Source of the DNA: Microcystaceae cyanobacterium
GTDB taxonomy: Bacteria; Cyanobacteriota; Cyanobacteriia; Cyanobacteriales; Microcystaceae
Direction: 5' to 3'
Assembly: GCA_040398185.1 (NCBI GenBank)
Contig: JBBAUO010000021.1
Span: forward strand, 1 to 63,518
Length of the DNA stretch: 63,518 bases
Shown here piece by piece: positions 29,629-38,268 of the stretch. The first letter of the stretch is position 1, and the number at the start of each line of letters is the position of its first letter. The notes beneath the pieces are model-generated. The model was not told where the DNA came from and did not search any database. It saw only the letters and a program-made list of their open reading frames with translations. A program made the position numbers and the translations under genes.

Positions 29629-29943
29629 GTGGGAGATAATAGCAATATGGATCAAGAACAGATAGAACAACAAACTAAAAACGTAGACTCTAAGGGACGG
29701 ATTGCCCTTGGTCGGGAATTCGCCAACCGGACTGCTATCGTCCAATACCAGGGAGATGGAGAGATCCTGATCAGACTCGCCAGGGTCATTCCCGAGAAGG
29801 AAGCTTGGCTGTACCAGAATGAGCGGGCGCTCGCTTTAGTGCGACAGGGACTCAATGAAGCGCAACGCAACGAATTCAGCACCACCCCGCCTAATCTCCA
29901 GGAATCGTTCTCCTTTGCCGAGCAGATTCCCGATGAGGAGTAA
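29629..29943 (+). CDS. AbrB/MazE/SpoVT-type antitoxin
   Basis: 'DSKGRIALGREFANRTAIVQ' swapped-hairpin motif. Its stop TAA abuts the ATG of the next gene. Confidence 0.6.
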   Translation: MGDNSNMDQEQIEQQTKNVDSKGRIALGREFANRTAIVQYQGDGEILIRLARVIPEKEAWLYQNERALALVRQGLNEAQRNEFSTTPPNLQESFSFAEQIPDEE

Positions 29944-30294
29944 ATGGGTTTCAAAGTAGTGTGGACTAAAGCTGCTGACGGAACATTTCGTCAGATCGAG
30001 GCTGATGCACGGACAGCTTTTGAGAGTCGCTTGCGGCTCAAGAAGGAAAAAGTCTCAAAGCAGGAGGGGCTGTTTAAACAAGTCAGAAAAGCGATTGAAC
30101 TTCTCCTGGAGAATCCGCGTCATCCTGGACTTCATACCCACGAATACGACTCTATCCCTCATCCCTTTGTCAAAGATGGCAAGGTCTTTGAAGCGTATGC
30201 CCAAAATCGCACACCCGGTGCGTACCGGATTTTCTGGTGTTACGGACCGGAGAAGGAACAGATTACCATCATTGCCATTACTCCCCACCCCTGA
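29944..30294 (+). CDS. RelE/ParE-superfamily toxin
   Basis: 116 aa. 'FKVVWTKAA...', 'KAIELLLENPRHPG', C-terminal 'AYRIFWCYGPEKEQITIIAITPHP' follows the RelE/ParE fold pattern (YRI.Y ... I.I..I..H). Tight coupling to the upstream AbrB-type gene. Confidence 0.55.
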   Translation: MGFKVVWTKAADGTFRQIEADARTAFESRLRLKKEKVSKQEGLFKQVRKAIELLLENPRHPGLHTHEYDSIPHPFVKDGKVFEAYAQNRTPGAYRIFWCYGPEKEQITIIAITPHP

Positions 30295-30327
30295 GGCTTC
30301 CTATGTCCACAGTTGAATGGGATAATG

Positions 30328-30891
30328 CTAATTAACGTCACACCCTCTGCGATCAATATAGGGGTGATAAAAGGTTAACGCCGTATTTCCATAAACTTTG
30401 GTACGGGAAACCACCAAAGGATCAATAGTCACCGGTTGCCATTGTTTGCTCTTGTGCTCCACGGCGATTTCTCCCCCTGGGGCTAAAAGTTGATAACCGG
30501 CGATCGCCTCTAAAACGGGTTGATACAACGGACTTTCGTAGGGTGGATCAAAATAAATATAATCAAAGGATTGACCCGATAAAGTCGCCAACTCAGTTAA
30601 AACATTCCCGCGCAGGATACGGAAACTCTGGTCAGGGAGGGCTATTTTTTGCCAATTTTCTCGAATAATATCACAGGCTCGCCCTGATTGCTCAATTCCC
30701 ACCACCGATTTAGCACCCCGACATAAAGCTTCGGCTCCCATCGAGCCATTTCCTGCACATAAATCTAACCAGCTACACCCTAAAATATTAGCTTGCCAAA
30801 TATTAAACAATGCCTCTCTTACCCTAGCAGTAGTGGGGCGAGTCAAGGGGCCTGGCAAAGTTTTTAGGGGACGATTTCCATAAATTCTCAT
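30328..30891 (-). CDS. rsmD: 16S rRNA (guanine966-N2)-methyltransferase RsmD
   Basis: 'LDLCAGNGSMGAEALCRGA' SAM motif and 'DPPY' motif. 187 aa. Confidence 0.85.
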   Translation of the reverse strand: MRIYGNRPLKTLPGPLTRPTTARVREALFNIWQANILGCSWLDLCAGNGSMGAEALCRGAKSVVGIEQSGRACDIIRENWQKIALPDQSFRILRGNVLTELATLSGQSFDYIYFDPPYESPLYQPVLEAIAGYQLLAPGGEIAVEHKSKQWQPVTIDPLVVSRTKVYGNTALTFYHPYIDRRGCDVN

Positions 30892-31815
30892 TTAATGTTT
30901 AGGAAATAAGGTTTCTGATTGATAATCGGGAGGTTCTACATGAATCAGCACTCGTACAGGGCGAAATTTCTCATCTAAGTGGGCTTCAATGGTTTCGGTA
31001 ATTTTATGGGCTGATTCTACATCTTGAACATCAACAGTCAAGTGCATTTCAATAAAAACCTGTCGTCCGACAACTCCCCGAGAGGCAATGTCATGACAAT
31101 TAATTACCCCTGGTACTTGCATAACTATCTGGGAAATAGTTTCCGGTGGGATAGCCATTTCATCCACAAGCCAAGGAACATTTTCCTTTAGTACCATCCA
31201 ACCACTCCGCAGCACCATCAGGGCAACGGGGAAGGCTAAAATGGTATCTAACCATTGAAGTTGGGGAAGTTTCTCGATATTTCCCCACCAAATGCCCACC
31301 AAGCCTACTAAAACCGTAATCGTCACCCAGATATCACTCATGGTATGGTAAGCATCGGCGATCAGGATTGGACTGTTAAGTTTTTGTCCCATCCATCTCT
31401 CGTAGTAGGCGACGAAAATATTGATCCCCAAGACTAATAATATTACCCATAACTCAGGGCCTGCAACCTCGACCGATTTCCCTCCTTGTAAGAGTCGCGT
31501 GACGGCACTTTGGAGAATTTCAAAACAAGCTAAGAGTAAAAACGCCGCAATCCCTAAAGCAGCAACCCCTTCAAATTTTTGATGTCCGTAGGGATGATCC
31601 CGATCTGGGGTAGGATCGGAAAGACGGTTAGCCACTAAACCAACTACATTGTTCGCGCTGTCGGTGACGCTGTGGAGGGCATCGGCTTGTAAACTTAAAG
31701 AACCAATTTGTACGCCGACAATAGCTTTAAGGGCCATGACAACAAGATTCAACGCCAGGGTAATCAGCAGGACTTTTTTTACTTGGGATTGACGAGTTGG
31801 TATCATGGAAGTCAC
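30892..31815 (-). CDS. cation diffusion facilitator family transporter
   Basis: Six TM helices with 'HSVTDSANNVVGL' and 'AYHTMSDIW' His/Asp metal sites plus C-terminal cytoplasmic domain. Confidence 0.9.
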   Translation of the reverse strand: MTSMIPTRQSQVKKVLLITLALNLVVMALKAIVGVQIGSLSLQADALHSVTDSANNVVGLVANRLSDPTPDRDHPYGHQKFEGVAALGIAAFLLLACFEILQSAVTRLLQGGKSVEVAGPELWVILLVLGINIFVAYYERWMGQKLNSPILIADAYHTMSDIWVTITVLVGLVGIWWGNIEKLPQLQWLDTILAFPVALMVLRSGWMVLKENVPWLVDEMAIPPETISQIVMQVPGVINCHDIASRGVVGRQVFIEMHLTVDVQDVESAHKITETIEAHLDEKFRPVRVLIHVEPPDYQSETLFPKH

Positions 31816-31928
31816 TGGGGCTAGAATTGCCGATCTTCCTATATTCTAAGGTAACTAAAGTTTCCTAGGTCAATAAAGACACAAAAGCGTAGGATTATAA
31901 TATATAACTAAGCCCTCAAGGTCAATCA

Positions 31929-32645
31929 ATGATGAGTAAGCCTCTTTATCAAGAAAAACAACAGAAATTAGCAGAATTAATGCAAAATGCGGGGATTCAT
32001 ACCCTAGATGAACTCAGCGATCGCTCCGGGGTGTCTGCATGGCAACTGGCCAGGGTACAGCATGGACTTCTGAACAAAATGCCGACAGAAATTCTCCTGA
32101 AACTCTCCCAAGCCCTAGGGGTGTCTCCCAACGATATCCTGGGACAATTGCTACCTGAGGCAAATTTAGAGCCAAAAATCAGCCAAAAAGCCCAAATATA
32201 CTCGTCAGAGCCAGAGAATGAATCCCTAGAGGAGAGATTAGGTAAGGATCGGCAAATTATCGAGCAGGAATTTCAGCAATCTAGTCTCGAAGTCATTGAA
32301 TCTTGGATGTTACAATGGCCTACTGCTGTCGCCCTAGCCAAGAAAAACCCCGAACTATCTGCCGCAAAACTACTAACTTTGGTTAAACCCGTTATGGATT
32401 TGCTAAAACGATGGGGTGTTGAACCTCTTTGTCAGGTAGGGGAGCAAATTGCCTACGATCCTATGTACCATGAACTGATGGAAGGAGAAGCCAGCGTCGG
32501 GGACATAGTTTCGGTGCGCTATATTGGCTATACCCAAGGCTCTAAACTGCTCTATCGTGCTAAGGTTAGTGCCCTTCAATCCCCGGAAACTCCCGTCGTT
32601 GAAGAAGAGGCAAAAACCGATTTTTCCACTATTATCTACGGTTGA
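31929..32645 (+). CDS. HTH (XRE-like) domain fused to GrpE-like C-terminal domain
   Basis: N-terminus 'LDELSDRSGVSAWQLARVQHGLLNKMPTEILLKLSQALGVSPNDI' is an XRE-type HTH. C-terminus 'WGVEPLCQVGEQIAYDPMYHELMEGEASVGDIVSVRYIGYTQGSKLLYRAKVSA' matches the GrpE beta-domain pattern. Stop codon TGA overlaps the IS right-end 'TTGA'. Confidence 0.5.
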   Translation: MMSKPLYQEKQQKLAELMQNAGIHTLDELSDRSGVSAWQLARVQHGLLNKMPTEILLKLSQALGVSPNDILGQLLPEANLEPKISQKAQIYSSEPENESLEERLGKDRQIIEQEFQQSSLEVIESWMLQWPTAVALAKKNPELSAAKLLTLVKPVMDLLKRWGVEPLCQVGEQIAYDPMYHELMEGEASVGDIVSVRYIGYTQGSKLLYRAKVSALQSPETPVVEEEAKTDFSTIIYG

Positions 32646-32656
32646 CTCTCCCACGC

Positions 32657-33976
32657 CTAAAGGCATGGGATTCTTTCGGACAAGAATTTAGACTTAGGCA
32701 TTGCCCAAAGTTTGATTCTGCTTACGGTGGTCAAACACCGTCTACCCAGTCTACTTAAATCAATGTCTAAGTTTCTGGCTACCTTACGCAAAATATTCGC
32801 GGAACCGTTTAAATCTGAGTTGATAAAACTTCCAGCACTCGTTTTATACAAGCCCCTCTTTATTCTTTGTCCTGATGCTTTCCACCCTTGGGGCTTTTGG
32901 CCATATTCGGGTAGGGAGTCTTCATCAAGATAGGAAGCGCAAGAGGTATTAGCTTCTTCAGTTTGGACAAAACGAATATTATAGATAGAACACAATTGCT
33001 CAAGACGTACTTTCAGTTTTGCTAAAGGTATTTGAACGAATTGCTGATTATTCTTATCTCCCATGTTGACACCATCTTTGATGCCCTTATTCCACCCAAC
33101 TACGATTGTCCCAATCTCATATTTAAGGCAATGATTAATGACTATTCGCGCGGCTTTATTCACCATGTCACGCATCTGATGATTACGCTTTCTGGTAATT
33201 CCATCTAAAACCCTGTCCCAATAATCTTTAGGTTTACCTTCTTTACGTTGAGCAACTCGTTTGTTGTAAAGTTGATTCATCGCTTTGGCTTGACGAGAAT
33301 CAACTAAAAAGGAATTTCCCAAGGTATCAACACAAGCCATTAGATTTGCTGAAGTTCCTAAATCAATAGATAGAGCTTGTTCTGGAGCTAATTGAGGAGC
33401 TTCAACTTTCTCGATTTCATAGGCTAGAACCAAGTAAAATGCCCCATTTTTAGGCAGAATTGTCAATTCTTTGACCTTATCGAATTGAAGGTTAGCAGGG
33501 CAAGGCAGAAAGAACTCTTTAACACCAAACCAACGGCCTACCTGTAATCCTAGGGGAAATCTAATCATTCCTTCTCGGTAGGTCGGTTTACCAGCACCTG
33601 TATTCGGAAATGAGATTTTAAATAATCCACCTGATTTCCTATAGCTCGGTGGTAATGGTTTTTGCTCTAATTCTCCTTTTAAAAACAATTGGCGCAGTTC
33701 CCTGAAAGACTTAAACGCCTCGGAGACACTTAACAAAGTTTGTTGGGCGGTCACTGATGGTAAAGCCTGGGCATGAATATTTTTACCCACTTCATAGATT
33801 GGGTCATATTTGGAAATAATCCGATTGGTTTTGAAGAAGATTTGCCGCGCCCAATAGACTCCGCAGTTGTATAAACTATTTGATTGTTCCGTTAAGTAGG
33901 TCAGAATAGCTAGAGTCTCAGCATCACAATGAATCTGGTTTTGCTGAACTCCCATTAGACGACTTGCTTTTGTCAT
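32657..33976 (-). CDS. tnpB: RNA-guided endonuclease TnpB (IS605 OrfB family)
   Basis: OrfB_IS605 N-domain, RuvC-like motifs ('SIDLG', 'TSCASY' zinc finger 'C..C'), C-terminal 'SDLNGSANI'. Start set at ATG 33976 (MTKASRL), because the upstream extension in the ORF track is probably non-coding. Confidence 0.85.
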   Translation of the reverse strand: MTKASRLMGVQQNQIHCDAETLAILTYLTEQSNSLYNCGVYWARQIFFKTNRIISKYDPIYEVGKNIHAQALPSVTAQQTLLSVSEAFKSFRELRQLFLKGELEQKPLPPSYRKSGGLFKISFPNTGAGKPTYREGMIRFPLGLQVGRWFGVKEFFLPCPANLQFDKVKELTILPKNGAFYLVLAYEIEKVEAPQLAPEQALSIDLGTSANLMACVDTLGNSFLVDSRQAKAMNQLYNKRVAQRKEGKPKDYWDRVLDGITRKRNHQMRDMVNKAARIVINHCLKYEIGTIVVGWNKGIKDGVNMGDKNNQQFVQIPLAKLKVRLEQLCSIYNIRFVQTEEANTSCASYLDEDSLPEYGQKPQGWKASGQRIKRGLYKTSAGSFINSDLNGSANILRKVARNLDIDLSRLGRRCLTTVSRIKLWAMPKSKFLSERIPCL

Positions 33977-34031
33977 AGATTTTCCTCCTCTATCTATGTT
34001 ATCATATCTATAGATTTTAGCAATAGGTGGC

Positions 34032-34430
34032 ATGGGACAAAATTACTGGCACGAAAATACATCAGTCAGCCTCATCAACTATCACTTCGTTTGGATAGTC
34101 AGAAAACGGAAGAGAATACTATACGGGGAGATGGATGCTAGGGTTCAACAGCTAATTAGAGAAGCGGTTATTGCCTTAGAATGTGAAGTTATAGCCTTGG
34201 AAACAGATCAAGATCATGTTCATCTGTTCATACAATCTAAGCCAATCTATTCCCCTGCCCAAATCATGCACAATATTAAAGGCTCAGTTTCTCATCAAAT
34301 CAGGATTGAGTTCCCTTGGGTAAAAGAAAAGTTATCAAGTTTGTGGACGCGAAGCTATTTCTGTGGGACTACTGGAAGTGTTTCAGGAGATACTGTTAAG
34401 AGGTATATTGAAGCACAAAAAATTAAATAG
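34032..34430 (+). CDS. tnpA: IS200/IS605 family Y1 transposase TnpA
   Basis: 'NYHFVW', HuH motif 'DHVHLFI', catalytic Tyr region 'WTRSYFCGTTG'. 132 aa. Confidence 0.85.
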   Translation: MGQNYWHENTSVSLINYHFVWIVRKRKRILYGEMDARVQQLIREAVIALECEVIALETDQDHVHLFIQSKPIYSPAQIMHNIKGSVSHQIRIEFPWVKEKLSSLWTRSYFCGTTGSVSGDTVKRYIEAQKIK

Positions 34431-34479
34431 TTTGTTCGCTTTGCTCACCGCCTTATATCCCACGCTTAAAAGCATGGGT

Positions 34480-34703
34480 TTTACGGCGGTTTCTATAAAA
34501 TCGTACTGCTGTCTGGGAACATCATCTAAGGTTGCGGGAGTGGGATCAAAAAAGGTATTTCCGACCCAATCTCGCCCACCGACAAAAATCACTAGATCAT
34601 CTATTTCTGGCTCATAGGTAAATTCCGCCCTCGGCCTGTCTGGCCGCCCTTCCCTGGACTTTTGATGGGTCAAAAAAGCCGTTTTGATCAAATCTATAGT
34701 CAA
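34480..34703 (-). other. short ORF abutting/entering the IS left end (possibly a 3'-truncated gene)
   Basis: Reading frame from ATG 34703 runs straight into the IS hairpin. About the first 75 aa lie outside the IS and have no recognisable family. Confidence 0.3.
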
Positions 34704-34794
34704 ATTGAATATTAAAACCAGAATCCATTTATACAGCCCAACCGAGGCGATTTTAGCTCTAGGTGCAATGACTGAATTTTGGGGAATAGAGTTC

Positions 34795-36150
34795 CTAGCG
34801 TCTACGCCACCAGCTTATCCCCGCCAGGAGAAACCCTAATAAGGGAAAAACCACAATCGACAACCAAAACACCAAACTAGCCGTGAGGGGAGTTAAATTA
34901 ATCCTACGGTTTTTAGCTTCCCTAGGACGAATTGAGAGAGTTGGCGGCTCTTTGAGGGCTAACCATTGCACCGCATTGAGAAACACATCCCCATTTAGCT
35001 GCTGCTGAAAGAGGCCATCGGTGGCAAAGGTGGAATTACCAATGATCACTAATTTGTTCCCCCCAGTACGAGTTAAAGCCACACCTAAATCAAATGGACC
35101 AGGTAAATCCTTACTAGGATCAAAGGTTAATTCAGAATTGAACTCACTTTCGGCCCACATTTGTCCACTCGTTACCAACAGAGAAACCGCCTCAACTCCA
35201 GGAATAGGAACGGTAGCGATCGCCCGAGACACGGGAAAAACCGTAATGCCATTGGCAAAATCTTGGGTAATGGGATGTTGTCCATAGCTGGTAATTATCG
35301 GAGTTGCAGGACCTAAACCTAGGGCTTGACCTGCCCCGGAGCCATCTACGACAATACGATTATCTAACTTAACTCCCCAAGTCTTTAAAAGGGGATCTAA
35401 TCCTGCATCCACTTCTGGATCAATTAAAATCAGTAAATTCCCCCCTTTTTGTAGGTAATTTTCCAAAGCCGTAACTTCTTGGGGAAATAACTTACGTTTA
35501 GGTCCTGCTATGACAAGAGCATCTGTATCTTCAGGAACGACTGTTTTTTCGGCTAAGTTCCAAGGTTGTACCAGATAACCCTTATCTTCTAGGCTATTAA
35601 CGGCTTGTAGGAGTCCCCCCTGGGCAGATTTGAGAGGATATTCCCCATGGCCTTGTAAAAAATAAACCTTGGGAATTTGATTTCTTTGTAGGCTTTGCAT
35701 CCCGTCGGTTAACTGAGCTTCTGATAGGGATGTTCCTTCTTGAACAGTCCGAATCGGCTGCTTTTTGTCCTTAGTATCCAGATAAACCCGATAGAGTTTA
35801 CCCTGGGAAAGCTCTTTAAATTGTTGGGCTAATCCTGGGCTTTTATCTGGGTCTATGATTTGATAGGAGAAGTTTTGACTTTTTTCTTGATACTTTTGTA
35901 ATAGTTCCTCCTCGCTCAAGTTAGCATTGGCATCCCGTTGAAAAATCCAGACTTTAAGGGGAGCATTTAAACTTTTAAGCAGCTTTTGAGATTCTGGAGA
36001 TAGGGTAAATAATTGATTTTCCGTTAGATCAATACGTTGGGAATAGCGCAGTCCTAAAAAATTAATCAATCTGAACAGCACTAAAGCCACTAGGATCGCC
36101 AAGAGAGCATTAGTACCAACTTTAGTTGAACGTCGTTGCCAAAATTCCAT
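34795..36150 (-). CDS. GldG-like ABC-transporter auxiliary protein
   Basis: N- and C-terminal TM anchors flanking a large periplasmic domain. The 'ABC-type uncharacterized transport system' architecture. Confidence 0.65.
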   Translation of the reverse strand: MEFWQRRSTKVGTNALLAILVALVLFRLINFLGLRYSQRIDLTENQLFTLSPESQKLLKSLNAPLKVWIFQRDANANLSEEELLQKYQEKSQNFSYQIIDPDKSPGLAQQFKELSQGKLYRVYLDTKDKKQPIRTVQEGTSLSEAQLTDGMQSLQRNQIPKVYFLQGHGEYPLKSAQGGLLQAVNSLEDKGYLVQPWNLAEKTVVPEDTDALVIAGPKRKLFPQEVTALENYLQKGGNLLILIDPEVDAGLDPLLKTWGVKLDNRIVVDGSGAGQALGLGPATPIITSYGQHPITQDFANGITVFPVSRAIATVPIPGVEAVSLLVTSGQMWAESEFNSELTFDPSKDLPGPFDLGVALTRTGGNKLVIIGNSTFATDGLFQQQLNGDVFLNAVQWLALKEPPTLSIRPREAKNRRINLTPLTASLVFWLSIVVFPLLGFLLAGISWWRRR

Positions 36151-36438
36151 AGGAGGGAGTTGAGGGTTGGGGATTCTCGTGATCTATATCACCTATAGTT
36201 AGTGACAAATTCACCCTTTTATTGTGACAGGGATGATGGTAAAGATGTATAAAAAGGGGAAGAATAGGACTAGGATTCAAAAAGCGGATGCATAGCATAA
36301 GAAATGGTTAGTTGTTGGAGAGATTCTGATCACTGACCATAATTTCTCTTTTTTTGGAGTTTTTTTAAGTTATGAAAGTCTTTTCTCCTAGCGTTTCCAT
36401 ATCATACTAAATCCTGTTTTAATACCATAGTTATTCTT

Positions 36439-36454
36439 CGACCGCCGACCGCCT
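36439..36454. repeat. 16-nt motif CGACCGCCGACCGCCT (tandem CGACCGC heptamer), copy 1
   Basis: Identical 16-mer found again, inverted, at 41235-41250. Both copies are intergenic. Confidence 0.5.
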
Positions 36455-36611
36455 AGCCTCCACGATAATATATTTACCTAAGCAGATTTGGTATTATGTG
36501 GTTAATCACCCGCCTTTTGAGTATGGACAAGCAAGCTCAATAGACCTCTCCAGAAATCAGGCTGGAAGCCTGAACTACCAAGACAAAATCTTAAATGTGG
36601 TCGATGTCTAA

Positions 36612-37025
36612 TCAAGCCAAGGTTTCCGGGCAATAACCTAATCCGCGCGTAAACTGTTGACGAAAAGCTTCGATGTCACTAACATCCGGGGTACCGTGGG
36701 AAACAATAGCCACCTGATAACGACGCATCACATCCAGGGGAGATTGCCCAGTCTCTAAACTCCAAAAAACCATCTGTAAGCGCATTTCCGGCTGGTAAGG
36801 AATCCCCAACTCACCCATAAAGGCTCTAAAGTTCCCGTGCTGTCGGGGTTCGAGGGCAGACTCAAACTTTACTTTAACAATCCAACCATTAATCTGATGA
36901 ATGACCGTCAAGGAGGAGTTAGGTAGATGCTCCATCCGTCGAAGATATTCAGTGACTCTAACAGTCAAGGTGGCATTAGCGAGAAAATAGAGATAGTCCA
37001 TAGGGTTGCCTTGGCTAACACTCAC
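36612..37025 (-). CDS. conserved hypothetical protein
   Basis: 137-aa ORF with good codon usage. No recognisable motif. Confidence 0.45.
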   Translation of the reverse strand: MSVSQGNPMDYLYFLANATLTVRVTEYLRRMEHLPNSSLTVIHQINGWIVKVKFESALEPRQHGNFRAFMGELGIPYQPEMRLQMVFWSLETGQSPLDVMRRYQVAIVSHGTPDVSDIEAFRQQFTRGLGYCPETLA

Positions 37026-37129
37026 AATAAGTGCTATATCTTATAGTTTGTCAGCAAATACCCTTGTTTAGCTAGGGGAAAAGCCCCCTGTTTCCCTGGG
37101 TAAAATCCCCCTATCTTTGAGTTTTCCCT

Positions 37130-38227
37130 ATGATTCCCATTGCTTTTGATCAATTACTTAGTTCCTACGACTATAGGCTACCGGAGGAGTTAATCGCCCA
37201 AAATCCAGTTATTTCTAGGGATAGTTCGCGTATGTTGGTCGTTGATTCACCCTTAACTCATATTCATGGTATTTTTCGGGATTTACCTAACTGGTTAAGG
37301 CCTGGGGATTTATTGGTTCTCAATAATACTCGTGTCCTTCGAGCTCGTTTGTCTGGGCGCAAATCTACGGGCGCTCCCGTGGAAATTTTACTCCTTGAGG
37401 AAAAGTCTCTTCATTGTTGGTTATGTCTAGTTAAACCGGGGAAACGCTTTAAGATTGGTTCGGAACTTTGGTTTTATCCTCCCACGGATAGGGAACAAGC
37501 AGGAGAACAAATTCTCAAGGCTAGGGTAATTGACCGAGATGGAGAGACAGGAGGGCGGATTATTGCCTTTGATATCCCAAATGGTGCGTCTTTTTACGAT
37601 GTTTTAGAGCAATTTGGGGAAATTCCCCTACCTCCCTATATCACCCATTCCCAAGCCGAAGGGACTCAATATCAAACCATTTACGCCCAATACCCCGGAG
37701 CGGTTGCAGCCCCCACCGCAGGACTTCATTTTACTGATCAACTTTTGCAAACTCTACAGGATAAAGGGGTGCAATTAGCATTTGTAACTCTCCATGTGGG
37801 AGTGGGTACTTTTCGCCCCGTGGAGGTAGAAAATATTACTCAGCACCAGATGCACCAGGAATGGATTGATATACCCCCCTCTACGGTGGCAATGATTAAA
37901 AGCACTCAAGCCCAAGGAGGACGGGTTTTTGCGGTGGGGACTACGGTAGTACGTTCCTTGGAAGGCGCAATGCAGGGACAATCCGAGTTGTCTGTCTTTC
38001 AGGGAAAAACTGATTTATTTATCTATCCTGGTTATCAGTGGCGTTTAATTGATGGCTTGATTACTAATTTTCATTTACCCCGCTCTAGTTTACTGATGCT
38101 AGTTGGTGCTCTCATCGGACGGGAAAGATTATTGGAGTTGTATCAAATAGCGATTCAGGAACGTTATCGCTTTTATTCCTTTGGGGATGCTATGTTAATT
38201 TTACCTGAAGCTTGTTCTCGGATCTAA
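37130..38227 (+). CDS. queA: tRNA preQ1(34) S-adenosylmethionine ribosyltransferase-isomerase QueA
   Basis: '[14 protein letters not shown]', 'GLHFT', C-terminal '[12 protein letters not shown]'. 365 aa. Confidence 0.95.
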   Translation: MIPIAFDQLLSSYDYRLPEELIAQNPVISRDSSRMLVVDSPLTHIHGIFRDLPNWLRPGDLLVLNNTRVLRARLSGRKSTGAPVEILLLEEKSLHCWLCLVKPGKRFKIGSELWFYPPTDREQAGEQILKARVIDRDGETGGRIIAFDIPNGASFYDVLEQFGEIPLPPYITHSQAEGTQYQTIYAQYPGAVAAPTAGLHFTDQLLQTLQDKGVQLAFVTLHVGVGTFRPVEVENITQHQMHQEWIDIPPSTVAMIKSTQAQGGRVFAVGTTVVRSLEGAMQGQSELSVFQGKTDLFIYPGYQWRLIDGLITNFHLPRSSLLMLVGALIGRERLLELYQIAIQERYRFYSFGDAMLILPEACSRI

Positions 38228-38268
38228 ATCTTGAGTAAGATGGGAGTAAAAACATATTCCCCAATATT

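Larger units (their letters stand above)
32642..34485 (-). mobile_element. IS200/IS605-family insertion sequence (IS605-like, divergent tnpA/tnpB)
   Basis: Y1 HuH transposase and TnpB encoded divergently. Near-identical subterminal hairpins CCCACGCCTAAAGGCATGGG (32650-32669) and CCCACGCTTAAAAGCATGGG (34459-34478). tnpB-proximal end terminates in TCAA, as in IS608-type right ends. Exact termini are approximate. Confidence 0.8.

Noticed and set aside
29376-29954. Two minus-strand ORFs (89 and 100 aa) antisense to the antitoxin genes
   Set aside because: Plus-strand products have recognisable antitoxin/toxin signatures and operon logic. Minus-strand translations are low-complexity.
32403-32666. 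87-aa minus-strand ORF crossing the IS right end
   Set aside because: Antisense to the HTH-GrpE-like gene and begins inside the IS terminal hairpin, so it is likely spurious. This region is instead where a TnpB guide RNA would be expected.
34363-34617. 84-aa plus-strand ORF spanning the tnpA end and IS left terminus
   Set aside because: Begins inside tnpA in another frame and crosses the IS boundary, so it is an artefact of ORF calling.
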